This document shows, piece after piece, positions 8,313 through 16,515 of a stretch of DNA of 64,000 nt. The stretch spans positions 31,024-95,023 of the forward strand of contig VMGF01000003.1 of the NCBI GenBank assembly GCA_007376445.1, in the 5' to 3' direction. The stretch's first letter is position 1, and each line of letters begins with the position of its first letter. The position numbers were made by a program, and so were the translations under genes. This stretch comes from Parcubacteria group bacterium Gr01-1014_3 (GTDB lineage: Bacteria; Patescibacteriota; Minisyncoccia; UBA6257; WO2-44-18). Below the pieces are notes generated by a model. It was not told the origin of the DNA, did no database searches, and saw only the letters and a program-made list of their open reading frames with translations.

Positions 8313-9041
8313 TTACTCCAACTGTAGCTCTGCCTCCACAAACTTGTCGAGCTCTCCATCTAAAACCCGGTCCGGCTGGCGGTGCTCCACGTTTGTGCGG
8401 TGATCTTTGACCAGCTGATATGGATTCAGCACGTAAGATCGGATCTGATTCCCCCACTCCGGCTTTACTTTGGTGCGAAGCTCGGAAAGGGTTTGCTTCT
8501 GATTGGCGATCATCAACGCCAATAGCTTGGATTTCAAAAGCTGCATCGCCTTTTCCCGGTTCTGCGGCTGTGAACGCTCAGCCTGCGAAGCCGCGGCCAG
8601 GCCAGTCGGTAAATGAACAATGCGCATGGCCGTCTCGCGTTTATTTACATTCTGACCACCCGGCCCGCTGGAGCGCGACATTTCCAATTTCAAATCTTCC
8701 GGCGGGATCACGAGCTTACGATGTTCAATGTCCGGAAAGATCGGAACTATTTCCACCAGGGCAAACGAAGTATGGCGGAGTTTTTTGGAAGAAAATGGCG
8801 AAATTCGGACGAGCCGATGCACGCCCATTTCTTTTTTCAGCGTTCCATAGACAAATTCACCTTTTATTTCCATCGCGCGATCATCCACGATCGAAGTTTT
8901 CCAGCCCCGCTTTTCCGCGTACTTCAAATACATCTTAAAAAGCATATTCGCCCAATCCTTGGCGTCATCCCCGCCCACGCCGGCGTGAATAGTTAAGTGG
9001 ACTGGGCCGTGATCATATTTTCCTGTCAGGGGCTTAAACAT
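8313..9041 (-). CDS. prfB: peptide chain release factor 2 lacking N-terminal domain 1 (domains 2-4 only, 242 aa)
   Basis: SPF tripeptide (RISPFSS), GGQ motif (SGPGGQNVNK); aligns to E. coli RF2 from about residue 112 onward; ATG overlaps the stop of the upstream amidohydrolase (ATGTTTAA). Confidence 0.75.
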   Translation of the reverse strand: MFKPLTGKYDHGPVHLTIHAGVGGDDAKDWANMLFKMYLKYAEKRGWKTSIVDDRAMEIKGEFVYGTLKKEMGVHRLVRISPFSSKKLRHTSFALVEIVPIFPDIEHRKLVIPPEDLKLEMSRSSGPGGQNVNKRETAMRIVHLPTGLAAASQAERSQPQNREKAMQLLKSKLLALMIANQKQTLSELRTKVKPEWGNQIRSYVLNPYQLVKDHRTNVEHRQPDRVLDGELDKFVEAELQLE

Positions 9042-9852
9042 TGATTTTGAAAAGTTTCGCGGCGTTTTTATACATTACATATTCCATATCCGTCTTGGAA
9101 ATTCCCAGCTTTTTCACATATTTAATATATTCTTTCGGACCAGCGAGCGGCCAATCCGTGCCGAAAATAAGTTTACGGGGCGTCTGTGAATACGCGATCA
9201 GCTCCTTGATCTTCTGTATCGTCATTTTGCCATAAGGCGAGTTAAACCCGTCATGCAAAAACAAACCGGAAATATCGGCATAAACATTCGGATTCCTATA
9301 CAGAACTTCGGCGCAGTCCATCATCCAGGGATTCCCAAGATGCGCTATCACTATCTTTAGATTCGGAAAATCTACTGCCACCTCATCAACACCGAGCGGA
9401 TGCGCGTATTTCACTTTCGCGAAAGTCTTGTAGGCGAGCGTGTCTCCTGTATGGAAAATTACTGGTACGCCCAGTCGGTCGCACATTTCATAGATCGGTC
9501 GCGCGACCGAATCGCCTGGATAGAAATGCTGATAACCGAGGTAAAGTTTAACTCCGACGATCTTTTTCAGCCGGATCAAAACCTCCAGCCGATCCAAATC
9601 TTGCTTGGTGTATTCAGACACGTTCAAAGAACCAATCACATGCAGATTTGAAAGTTCTTCGGTTAATTTGATAAGCGTGTCCGTGGAGGGACCAGTGCCA
9701 TCCTCGCCTCGCCAATTCGCGATCACCAACGCGTGATCCACTTTATTCTTCTTCATCTCCGCTAAAAGAGCGCTTCTTATTTCTTCATAGGACTTTTTAG
9801 CGAACGGAGTATTTTCCAGCTTTGTTATGTGTGTGTGCGCGTCTATGATCAT
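9034..9852 (-). CDS. metal-dependent amidohydrolase (amidohydrolase-2 / TIM-barrel family)
   Basis: IDAHTH N-terminal metal-binding motif, HTGD, IAHLG motifs. Confidence 0.65.
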   Translation of the reverse strand: MIIDAHTHITKLENTPFAKKSYEEIRSALLAEMKKNKVDHALVIANWRGEDGTGPSTDTLIKLTEELSNLHVIGSLNVSEYTKQDLDRLEVLIRLKKIVGVKLYLGYQHFYPGDSVARPIYEMCDRLGVPVIFHTGDTLAYKTFAKVKYAHPLGVDEVAVDFPNLKIVIAHLGNPWMMDCAEVLYRNPNVYADISGLFLHDGFNSPYGKMTIQKIKELIAYSQTPRKLIFGTDWPLAGPKEYIKYVKKLGISKTDMEYVMYKNAAKLFKINV

Positions 9853-9854
9853 GG

Positions 9855-9927
9855 AGCCACCTCCCGGAATCGAACCGGGGACCTTTGCTTTACGAAAGCA
9901 CTGCTCTACCAGCTGAGCTAAGGTGGC
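9855..9927 (-). tRNA. tRNA-Thr (anticodon CGT), copy 1
   Basis: Manual cloverleaf on minus strand: GCCACCT...AGCTGGTAGAGC...loop TTCGTAA...TTCGATT...AGGTGGC; CCA may be encoded (9852-9854). Confidence 0.7.
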
Positions 9928-9934
9928 TTTGACG

Positions 9935-9966
9935 TTATATTATAACATTTCCCGAGTTTTTCCAAA
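9935..9966 (-). promoter_or_regulatory. sigma70-like promoter for tRNA-Thr copy 1 (TTGGAA -35, extended TGTTATAAT -10); duplicated at 10236-10280
   Basis: Minus strand reads TTGGAAaaactcgggaaatgtTATAAT 8 nt before the tRNA 5' end. Confidence 0.55.
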
Positions 9967-10075
9967 GAAAATAAGAGCAGGTGACGAGAATCGTCCGGTC
10001 ATACGACCGGACAGCCCAGTCGGATGACTGGGCGAACTCACGTCTCTACTTTACCCCGCACCTTTTCTCGATTAG

Positions 10076-10147
10076 AGCCAGAGAGAGGAGTCGAACCTCC
10101 AACCCCTCCCTTACGAAGGGATTGCTCTGCCATTGAGCTACTCTGGC
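10076..10147 (-). tRNA. tRNA-Thr-like (anticodon CGT), copy 2, flanked by 35-bp inverted repeats
   Basis: GCCAGAG..GCTCAATGGCAGAGC..loop TTCGTAA..GGAGGTTCGACTCCTCT..CTCTGGC; 27-43 mismatch. Confidence 0.6.
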
Positions 10148-10181
10148 AAATTTTATACGTGATCGAGAAAAGGTGCGGGGT

Positions 10182-10218
10182 TTACGAAAGTAGTGTTCTA
10201 CCACTGAACTATATCGGC
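10182..10218 (-). pseudogene. tRNA 5'-half fragment (acceptor, D-arm, anticodon stem-loop CTACT-TTCGTAA), no 3' half
   Basis: GCCGATATAGTTCAGTGGTAGAACACTACTTTCGTAAA then runs into inverted-repeat sequence; no complementary 3' acceptor nearby. Confidence 0.45.
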
Positions 10219-10284
10219 GTCTCTCTTTATTTAAATACTAGGTCATATTATAACATTTTGCGGATTTTTTCAAAGAAAATAATG

Positions 10285-10356
10285 AGCGGATAACGGGAGT
10301 CGAACCCGTGTCTGATCCTTGGGAAGGATCCATAATAGCCGTTATACGATACCCGC
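10285..10356 (-). tRNA. tRNA-Gly (anticodon CCC)
   Basis: GCGGGTA..GTATAACGGCTATTAT..GGATCC-TTCCCAA..ACGGGTTCGACTCCCGT..TATCCGC. Confidence 0.75.
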
Positions 10357-10359
10357 TTC

Positions 10360-10938
10360 TTAATACTCGCTATTCACCACTACTTCTTTACCATTCCAAG
10401 ATAAACTTGGCAATAAAATCATCACGCGGGCTAAGGCGCGGGCATCGGTTAGCCAGACTGCCAATTCTTTTTTCTGAAGAGTTAGCCGCCCCTCCAGCAC
10501 TTCCCTCTCCGCTTGAGGCACCAAAACCATCTTCCGAAACTCCGACAAACTCACTCCATAAAGACTCTCTACTGATTCGGCCAACTCAGGACTTTGCAGA
10601 TTCGGAGCGCTTAATTTATTTTCCACCAACTGCGCGAGATCGTTGCCCACGATCGTCTTGAGTCCGCCGTTAATTAAAATATTGTCGATCGCGCGGTTCA
10701 AAAGCTGGCGATGAAGCTCCCGCTTAAAGCCCTCGCTTTTTACATCAGTCCCCTGCGCTCCAAGAATATTTCCATAATATTGATAAGCCGCCACAAAGTC
10801 GTTATTCATTGATCTCGCCAGGATCATCTTCGCGTTCACGAACGCCACCGGATAATAACCAAAATGAACAAGGTAGTATCCGCCAAGGCCTAAAAACAAA
10901 ATTGAAAGTAGAATTATAAAGTAGTGGTTAGTTTTCAT
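10360..10938 (-). CDS. membrane-anchored protein, possibly SurA-N/PpiD-like periplasmic chaperone domain
   Basis: Single N-terminal TM, helical extracytoplasmic domain; weak similarity only. Confidence 0.35.
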   Translation of the reverse strand: MKTNHYFIILLSILFLGLGGYYLVHFGYYPVAFVNAKMILARSMNNDFVAAYQYYGNILGAQGTDVKSEGFKRELHRQLLNRAIDNILINGGLKTIVGNDLAQLVENKLSAPNLQSPELAESVESLYGVSLSEFRKMVLVPQAEREVLEGRLTLQKKELAVWLTDARALARVMILLPSLSWNGKEVVVNSEY

Positions 10939-10977
10939 TCCTTATTGTTATTGTCATAGTCATTTTGTCATCGTAAA

Positions 10978-11235
10978 TTACTGTATTTTTATTAACTTCT
11001 CCCCCGGCCGCTTATAGTCAAACTTGGCTTTTAATTCTTTGGCTAAATTCTCCGACTCGGCAAAATAATGAATATCCGATTCCAGAGTGGTGTTTTCATC
11101 ATCCAAAACCTGTATCTCATTGCCGAGCAAGTTCGCTTTGGCATCCAGCTCATTGTTATGGCCGTACAAGCGAACCAACTGGAGCGACAAGAACCCCACA
11201 AAGAGTATCGCCGCCGCCCAGATGAATAGCCGCAT
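10978..11235 (-). CDS. septum formation initiator (FtsB/DivIC-like) small coiled-coil membrane protein
   Basis: N-terminal TM followed by leucine-zipper-like coiled coil. Confidence 0.5.
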   Translation of the reverse strand: MRLFIWAAAILFVGFLSLQLVRLYGHNNELDAKANLLGNEIQVLDDENTTLESDIHYFAESENLAKELKAKFDYKRPGEKLIKIQ

Positions 11236-11299
11236 ACGTTAAGTTTAGAGAATTTTTGGGAAATAAAAAAGAGCGCTTATTCGCGCTCTTGATATTCAT

Positions 11300-12004
11300 C
11301 TAACTAGGATCTGATTTATTCTTCTTTCGGTCACGGACGAAGCGAATCACATATAATGGCGTAAACAGCAAGAACCAAAGGAATATTCCGCTGATAAATA
11401 CGACCAACATCAGCCACCATACTGCTAGCGTAACTGGCCAGAAGAGAAGCCCTAAAGCGCTAAAACCGGAAACAACCCAGAAGCCAAGCGGAGTCATTAA
11501 CCAGTCATTACTAAAATTCTCGTAGTTATTATCTTTCTGAACATCCCGCAAATCCCAACGATGATTCCTGCCATTTACAAACCAGGCATCAGGGTTTGGC
11601 GCGTGCGCCAGGCTAGCTCTATCGTGGCCTTCTTGAACAAGCGCCTCGATCATCTCGGCATTTTTTTTATCGATATCTTTCAGTCTTTGAATTGTTGAAT
11701 CGATAAATTGCCGAGCATAATCAATCTGCTTCTGTCTTCCGCCATTCAGGTAATAAGTTAAATTACGGAAAATAAAGATCAGATTCTCGACGGATGTAAC
11801 CACTGGCAGTACGGGCAGTGAAAGCATATTCTCAAACGCTCCGCTTGAACCGGAAGTCTGTCGATATTTTCGTTTGAGATCATATCTTTGATCTGCCGAT
11901 CGAACTTCTCTCGAAATCCAATGACCAAAATAAGCCGATGTCATAAATAGATATAGGCCCGCCATCAGCACCCAAAGCCATAGGTCCATTCTTTGTCCTC
12001 TCAA
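11300..12004 (-). CDS. hypothetical membrane protein (TM helices at both ends)
   Basis: ORF, hydrophobic segments. Confidence 0.4.
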   Translation of the reverse strand: MRGQRMDLWLWVLMAGLYLFMTSAYFGHWISREVRSADQRYDLKRKYRQTSGSSGAFENMLSLPVLPVVTSVENLIFIFRNLTYYLNGGRQKQIDYARQFIDSTIQRLKDIDKKNAEMIEALVQEGHDRASLAHAPNPDAWFVNGRNHRWDLRDVQKDNNYENFSNDWLMTPLGFWVVSGFSALGLLFWPVTLAVWWLMLVVFISGIFLWFLLFTPLYVIRFVRDRKKNKSDPS

Positions 12005-12030
12005 AAAGCTGGCCTAATTAAAGCACGAAA

Positions 12031-13851
12031 CTACTTTTTTAACAATTCCTTAAAAATGTTCGCGGGAATTTTTATTTGAGAGCCTTCACCGCGTTCTTTC
12101 AAGCGCTCCTTGCCACGTTGCTGCTTCTTCCAAAGCTTCATCTTGCGGGTGCGATCACCGCCATTTTTTCCGAAATCACCGAGATCTTTCTTGAGCGCCG
12201 GAATCGTCTCGCGCGCCACAATTTTACCGCCCACGACCGCCTGCAAGGCTTGAGTAAACTGCTGGGCTTGCAACAATGTCTTTAATTTCTCCACAGTCAT
12301 CCGGCCTTCCCGTTCGATCTCTTTTTTTGGAATAATTCTGGTTAAACCCGGGATCGCGTTGGCGGCCACGTGGATCTCCAGCTTCGCCACATTAGCCAGA
12401 GCATATCCGACCAGCTCATAACTCAAAGAGGCAAAACCATTAGAAACAGACTTCAATTTGTCGTCGAGATCACTGATCAGATCGGCGAGCGGCAGTTTCG
12501 CGGAAATTAAAATATTGTTGCCGAAATTCTTGGTTTCAATTTCGCTGAATCGGAAAATTTCCTTTAGCTGTAAGATCGCGCCAAGATATTTTGTCGGAGT
12601 TAATATTTCGATCTTTGAGATCGGCTCCTCCACCGCCTCCGCGTCGTTCGGAAAATCTTTCGGATTGGTGATCACCCTCCATTCACCCTTTTCTTTCACT
12701 CGATAAGCCACGGATGGGAAGCTGTGCACGGTTTCGATCTTAAACTCGCGCGCCAAACGCTCGGCGGTAATTTCAAAATGAAGCCGTCCTAAAAATCCGC
12801 CCTTGAATCCCCGGCCCAGAACTTCGTTCATATCCGCTTCAAATTTCAGCGAAGCGTCAGTGAGGCGTAGCTTTGATAGCGCTAGTTTCAATTCGTCATA
12901 TTGATCGGTATCTTCCGGATAAAATGACACGAAAACCACCGGCTTTGGCTCGCGATAACCAGGCAAAGCCATCTTTTTTACTTCCGCGGAAAGCGGTTGC
13001 TTCGAGGAAAGCAGCGTATCTCCGATTTTCAGCTTATCGGAATCCTTAATACCCGTGGCGATATAGCCGATCTCCCCGCTTTGAATAGATTTAGAAGGTT
13101 TTGGCTTCGGCGCGAAGTATCCTACTTCTTTTGCTTTGGCGGTGGTGTTGGTAGCGTTTAAAAAGATGTTGTCGTTTTCATTAAAGGATCCATTAAAAAC
13201 CCGGATATGAGCCAGGACGCCCTTGTGTTCGTCGTAATAAGAATCAAAAACTAAAGCGCGGGATAATCCGGCAATAGTTTGCGGTTCGCTCGGGGCCGGA
13301 ATTTTTTCCACGATTTTCTGCAAAAGAGTTTCCACGCCAATGCCCGTCTTTCCGGATACTTTCAAAATTTCTTCAGGATCCAAATTTAATAATAAACTCA
13401 AATCGTTTATGGCCGCTTCGATCTGATCCGGATCGGCCGCGTCAACTTTATTCACCGCGCCGATGATCGTCAGTCCGGACTTCCGGGCATTCTCAAAATT
13501 CGCCAAAGTCTGCGCCTGGATACCCTGCGTGGCGTCAACTAAAAGAACCGCGCCCTCCACGGCCGCGAGCGCGCGCGAAACTTCATAACCGAAATCAGAG
13601 TGCCCTGGCGTATCAATCAGATTCAGGACATAGGGTATAGCGTTTAGGGTATAGGACATTCTGACTGGAGCCATTTTGATGGTGATTCCTCTCTCCCGTT
13701 CCAACTCCAGCTGATCCAAAAACTGCGGCTTCATGAGCCGCTTTTCAATCGTGCCAGTGGATTCCAAGAGCCGGTCCGCCAAAGTGGACTTTCCATGGTC
13801 TATGTGCGCGATTATGCAGAAATTCCTGATGTGACTAGTCAACTGGTTCAT
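12031..13851 (-). CDS. lepA: translation elongation factor 4 (LepA) with Lys-rich C-terminal tail
   Basis: AHIDHGKST, DTPGH, NKVD GTPase motifs; LepA-specific C-terminal domain. Confidence 0.9.
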   Translation of the reverse strand: MNQLTSHIRNFCIIAHIDHGKSTLADRLLESTGTIEKRLMKPQFLDQLELERERGITIKMAPVRMSYTLNAIPYVLNLIDTPGHSDFGYEVSRALAAVEGAVLLVDATQGIQAQTLANFENARKSGLTIIGAVNKVDAADPDQIEAAINDLSLLLNLDPEEILKVSGKTGIGVETLLQKIVEKIPAPSEPQTIAGLSRALVFDSYYDEHKGVLAHIRVFNGSFNENDNIFLNATNTTAKAKEVGYFAPKPKPSKSIQSGEIGYIATGIKDSDKLKIGDTLLSSKQPLSAEVKKMALPGYREPKPVVFVSFYPEDTDQYDELKLALSKLRLTDASLKFEADMNEVLGRGFKGGFLGRLHFEITAERLAREFKIETVHSFPSVAYRVKEKGEWRVITNPKDFPNDAEAVEEPISKIEILTPTKYLGAILQLKEIFRFSEIETKNFGNNILISAKLPLADLISDLDDKLKSVSNGFASLSYELVGYALANVAKLEIHVAANAIPGLTRIIPKKEIEREGRMTVEKLKTLLQAQQFTQALQAVVGGKIVARETIPALKKDLGDFGKNGGDRTRKMKLWKKQQRGKERLKERGEGSQIKIPANIFKELLKK

Positions 13852-13903
13852 AAAGACACCTTATTATATACTATATCCTTAGGGTCTAAAAGACCTATTT
13901 TAT

Positions 13904-16231
13904 ATGGAAAAAACAGGTGAAGTTGCTCTAGCCCGGACTTTAGGTTTGGGCTCTATCGTTCTCTTGGGGGTAGGCGCCCTTTTAGGCGGCGGTCTTCACG
14001 TTCTCCTCGGTCCCGCCATCGGACTTTCCGGTCCGGGTATGTTTATCGCCATGATTTTGGGCGGCTTGATCGCTCTTTTGAACCTTCAGATGTATGTGGC
14101 TCTCGGCACCACCTTCCCCGAAGCCGGAGGCGGTTATCTCTGGGTCCGAAAGGGTCTCGGCAATTTCCAGGGTTTCCTCGCTGGCTGGCTTTCTTGGTTC
14201 GCGCATCTTGCGGCCGGAGGTCTCTACGCGCTAGGTTTCGGTTTTTATGTCCATGAATTACTCACTACCTTCCGAATCGACATTGGCATCAGCCAGGATC
14301 TGCTCCAAAAAATCACCGCCATCGCCGTTATTTTAATTTTCGGATACCTAAACTGGCGGGGATCAAAAATGAGCGGCAGTACGGAAAATATCATCACCGT
14401 AATTCTTCTCGCCATCCTCGGCGCCTACGTACTTTTTGGTAGCGCGCAAATATTAAGCTTTGATCAACCTCTTCAAAACTATCTTCCGCTTTTGCCAAAT
14501 GGAATGCTGGGCATAATCATGGCGGCCGGTTTGTTTTATATCGCTTTTGAAGGTTCTGAAATTCAAGTACAGGCAGGTGAAGAAACGAAAAATCCCCAGC
14601 AAACTATCAAGCGTGGCCTCTTTATGTCCTGGGGAGTTGTTACCGCGCTATACATACTGATTGCGCTGATTATCGTAGGCGTGGAAAACTGGCAAACGGT
14701 ATCGGGCTATGGTGAAAGCGCCATCGTGGAAACCGCGGCCAAGTTCATGCCATTCGGCCGGTTCTTGCTGGTATTAAGCGGCCTGCTTGCCAACATAGCC
14801 GCCCTTAACGCTACTATCTATTCTTCCAGCCGAGTTTCCTTTGCTCTGGCTCGCGATAAGAACGTCTGGTCTCGTCTCGCTGAAATTCACTTAACCAACT
14901 TCACGCCTCATCTTTCGGTCATCGGCTCAGTACTCTTAATGATAGTGATGGTGGTCTCCCTTCCGCTGATCGACGTGGCTAGCATGGCCAGCTTGCTCTT
15001 TATTTTGTTATTTCTTCAGCTGAACATCGCCGGCATCAGCATTCATTATAAATGGCCAGATACCAAGTGGTATTATAAGATCCCATTTTTCCCGGCCACT
15101 CCTCTTATCGCCACCGCTTTTTACATTCTATTGGCCTTTACGATGCTGAGCGTCAATTTGGTCGCCTGGGCCGTCACCGCTTTTTGGGTTCTGCTGGGAT
15201 TCGTGAATTATTTCGCCTACACTGAAACTCGTAGCCGCGAAGATTTTGAAACCGGAATCGTTTATGAGGAAGCTGTCCGAATCGGCCCCAAGACCGGCAA
15301 GCGCATCCTTTTGCCGCTCGCCCCTGGTTTAGCTTGGGAAGAAATTAGAAATTTGAGCGAGGTAGCTTTCGCGCTCGCGAGTAAATTCGATGGAGAATTA
15401 ATTATCGTTCGCGTGCATGAGGTTCCGCCGGCCATGGCCCTACACCCGAACGCGGTGGGCAAAACCACGCTGGACCAGGAAAAAGAATTATTTGAAAAGC
15501 TCCAGGATCTGGTCACCGAGTACAACGTTAAAACCGGTCCGGCGAAAAAAGACATCAATTTTCACAGCCTGATCCTGATCGGCCGCGACGTGGTGGATGT
15601 GATCTTGGATGTAATTAAAATGGAAGATTGCGATCTTCTGATGATGAACTGGCAGGGCTACACGCAGGCGAAAGGCGCCATTTTAGGCCGCCGTATTGAC
15701 CGCGTCCTCCGTGAAGCCAAGTGTGACTTATTGGTTATTAAAAATCCGAAACCAATCAACTCTATCCTGCTCGCTATACATCCATCAGCCAAGAGTCCGT
15801 ATTTGGAACTCATGGGCGAGATTGCTACCGGCTTAATAGATTTCTACAAATCCAAGATCGAGCTTTTCAGCGTGATCGCGCAAAATGTGCCGGCTTATCT
15901 CAAGCCCGATCCGACCATGGCATTGAAGCGCTTACAAATGAAGCGTAAAGATTTCGCCAACATTATTTATGCCTCCGAAAAATCCGTAGTCAGCGGAATT
16001 CTCAAAGAAGCTGAGCAGAAGCAATCAGATCTGATCATCGTGGGCGCTTCGCTACCAAAGATTTTAAAAGAGATCCGTTTCGGCACGGATGCCGAGATGA
16101 TTGTAAAACTAGCCAAAACTTCAGTCATGATCGTGCGCGGACATCAGGGTCCGGCTGAGAATTTTATCCGTAATCTGCTTCATAAGTTTTCCACACCCAA
16201 GGAGCTTCCGGAAAAACCTCCGGTGGTATAA
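13904..16231 (+). CDS. APC-family amino acid permease fused to two C-terminal universal stress protein (UspA) domains
   Basis: 12-TM permease core followed by two USP-like alpha/beta domains. Confidence 0.75.
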   Translation: MEKTGEVALARTLGLGSIVLLGVGALLGGGLHVLLGPAIGLSGPGMFIAMILGGLIALLNLQMYVALGTTFPEAGGGYLWVRKGLGNFQGFLAGWLSWFAHLAAGGLYALGFGFYVHELLTTFRIDIGISQDLLQKITAIAVILIFGYLNWRGSKMSGSTENIITVILLAILGAYVLFGSAQILSFDQPLQNYLPLLPNGMLGIIMAAGLFYIAFEGSEIQVQAGEETKNPQQTIKRGLFMSWGVVTALYILIALIIVGVENWQTVSGYGESAIVETAAKFMPFGRFLLVLSGLLANIAALNATIYSSSRVSFALARDKNVWSRLAEIHLTNFTPHLSVIGSVLLMIVMVVSLPLIDVASMASLLFILLFLQLNIAGISIHYKWPDTKWYYKIPFFPATPLIATAFYILLAFTMLSVNLVAWAVTAFWVLLGFVNYFAYTETRSREDFETGIVYEEAVRIGPKTGKRILLPLAPGLAWEEIRNLSEVAFALASKFDGELIIVRVHEVPPAMALHPNAVGKTTLDQEKELFEKLQDLVTEYNVKTGPAKKDINFHSLILIGRDVVDVILDVIKMEDCDLLMMNWQGYTQAKGAILGRRIDRVLREAKCDLLVIKNPKPINSILLAIHPSAKSPYLELMGEIATGLIDFYKSKIELFSVIAQNVPAYLKPDPTMALKRLQMKRKDFANIIYASEKSVVSGILKEAEQKQSDLIIVGASLPKILKEIRFGTDAEMIVKLAKTSVMIVRGHQGPAENFIRNLLHKFSTPKELPEKPPVV

Positions 16232-16392
16232 TAAGAGTAATCCCACCTTTAGATTCCAGATCAAATAATTGATCACGGGAGGTCGAATCGCTCCAGCCCT
16301 TGGGCTGACGGCTGAGACCACCCACCTAGCTTTCGCTGGGTCGTCTAAGGCGGGGTTACAAAGCTCCCTCTTTATCGAGGGATTTTTGTTTC

Positions 16393-16459
16393 CAGGCAGT
16401 AGAAGTTCGCCAAGGCCATTAGGGCCTCTGGGCTCATCGGGCGAACTTTCACTGCCTGG
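16393..16459. ncRNA. conserved long hairpin motif copy 1 (CCAGGCAGTAGAAGTTCGCC...GGCGAACTTTCACTGCCTGG) in the leader of the exonuclease gene
   Basis: Same stem with compensatory substitutions recurs at 40489-40554. Confidence 0.45.
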
Positions 16460-16515
16460 TTTACAAGGTCATTATTTTTCTATAAGATTGCGGCGTACCT
16501 TGAAAAGGAGAAAAT

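Noticed and set aside
8990-9400. Canonical prfB +1 programmed frameshift site (CTT TGA C with upstream SD)
   Set aside because: The region upstream of the RF2 ATG is occupied in a different frame by a complete amidohydrolase gene ending at the overlapping TAA. No frame encodes an RF2 domain 1.
10024-10661. Plus-strand ORFs 10024..10293 and 10308..10661
   Set aside because: They overlap the tRNA cluster and tRNA-Gly, and are spurious translations of the RNA gene region.
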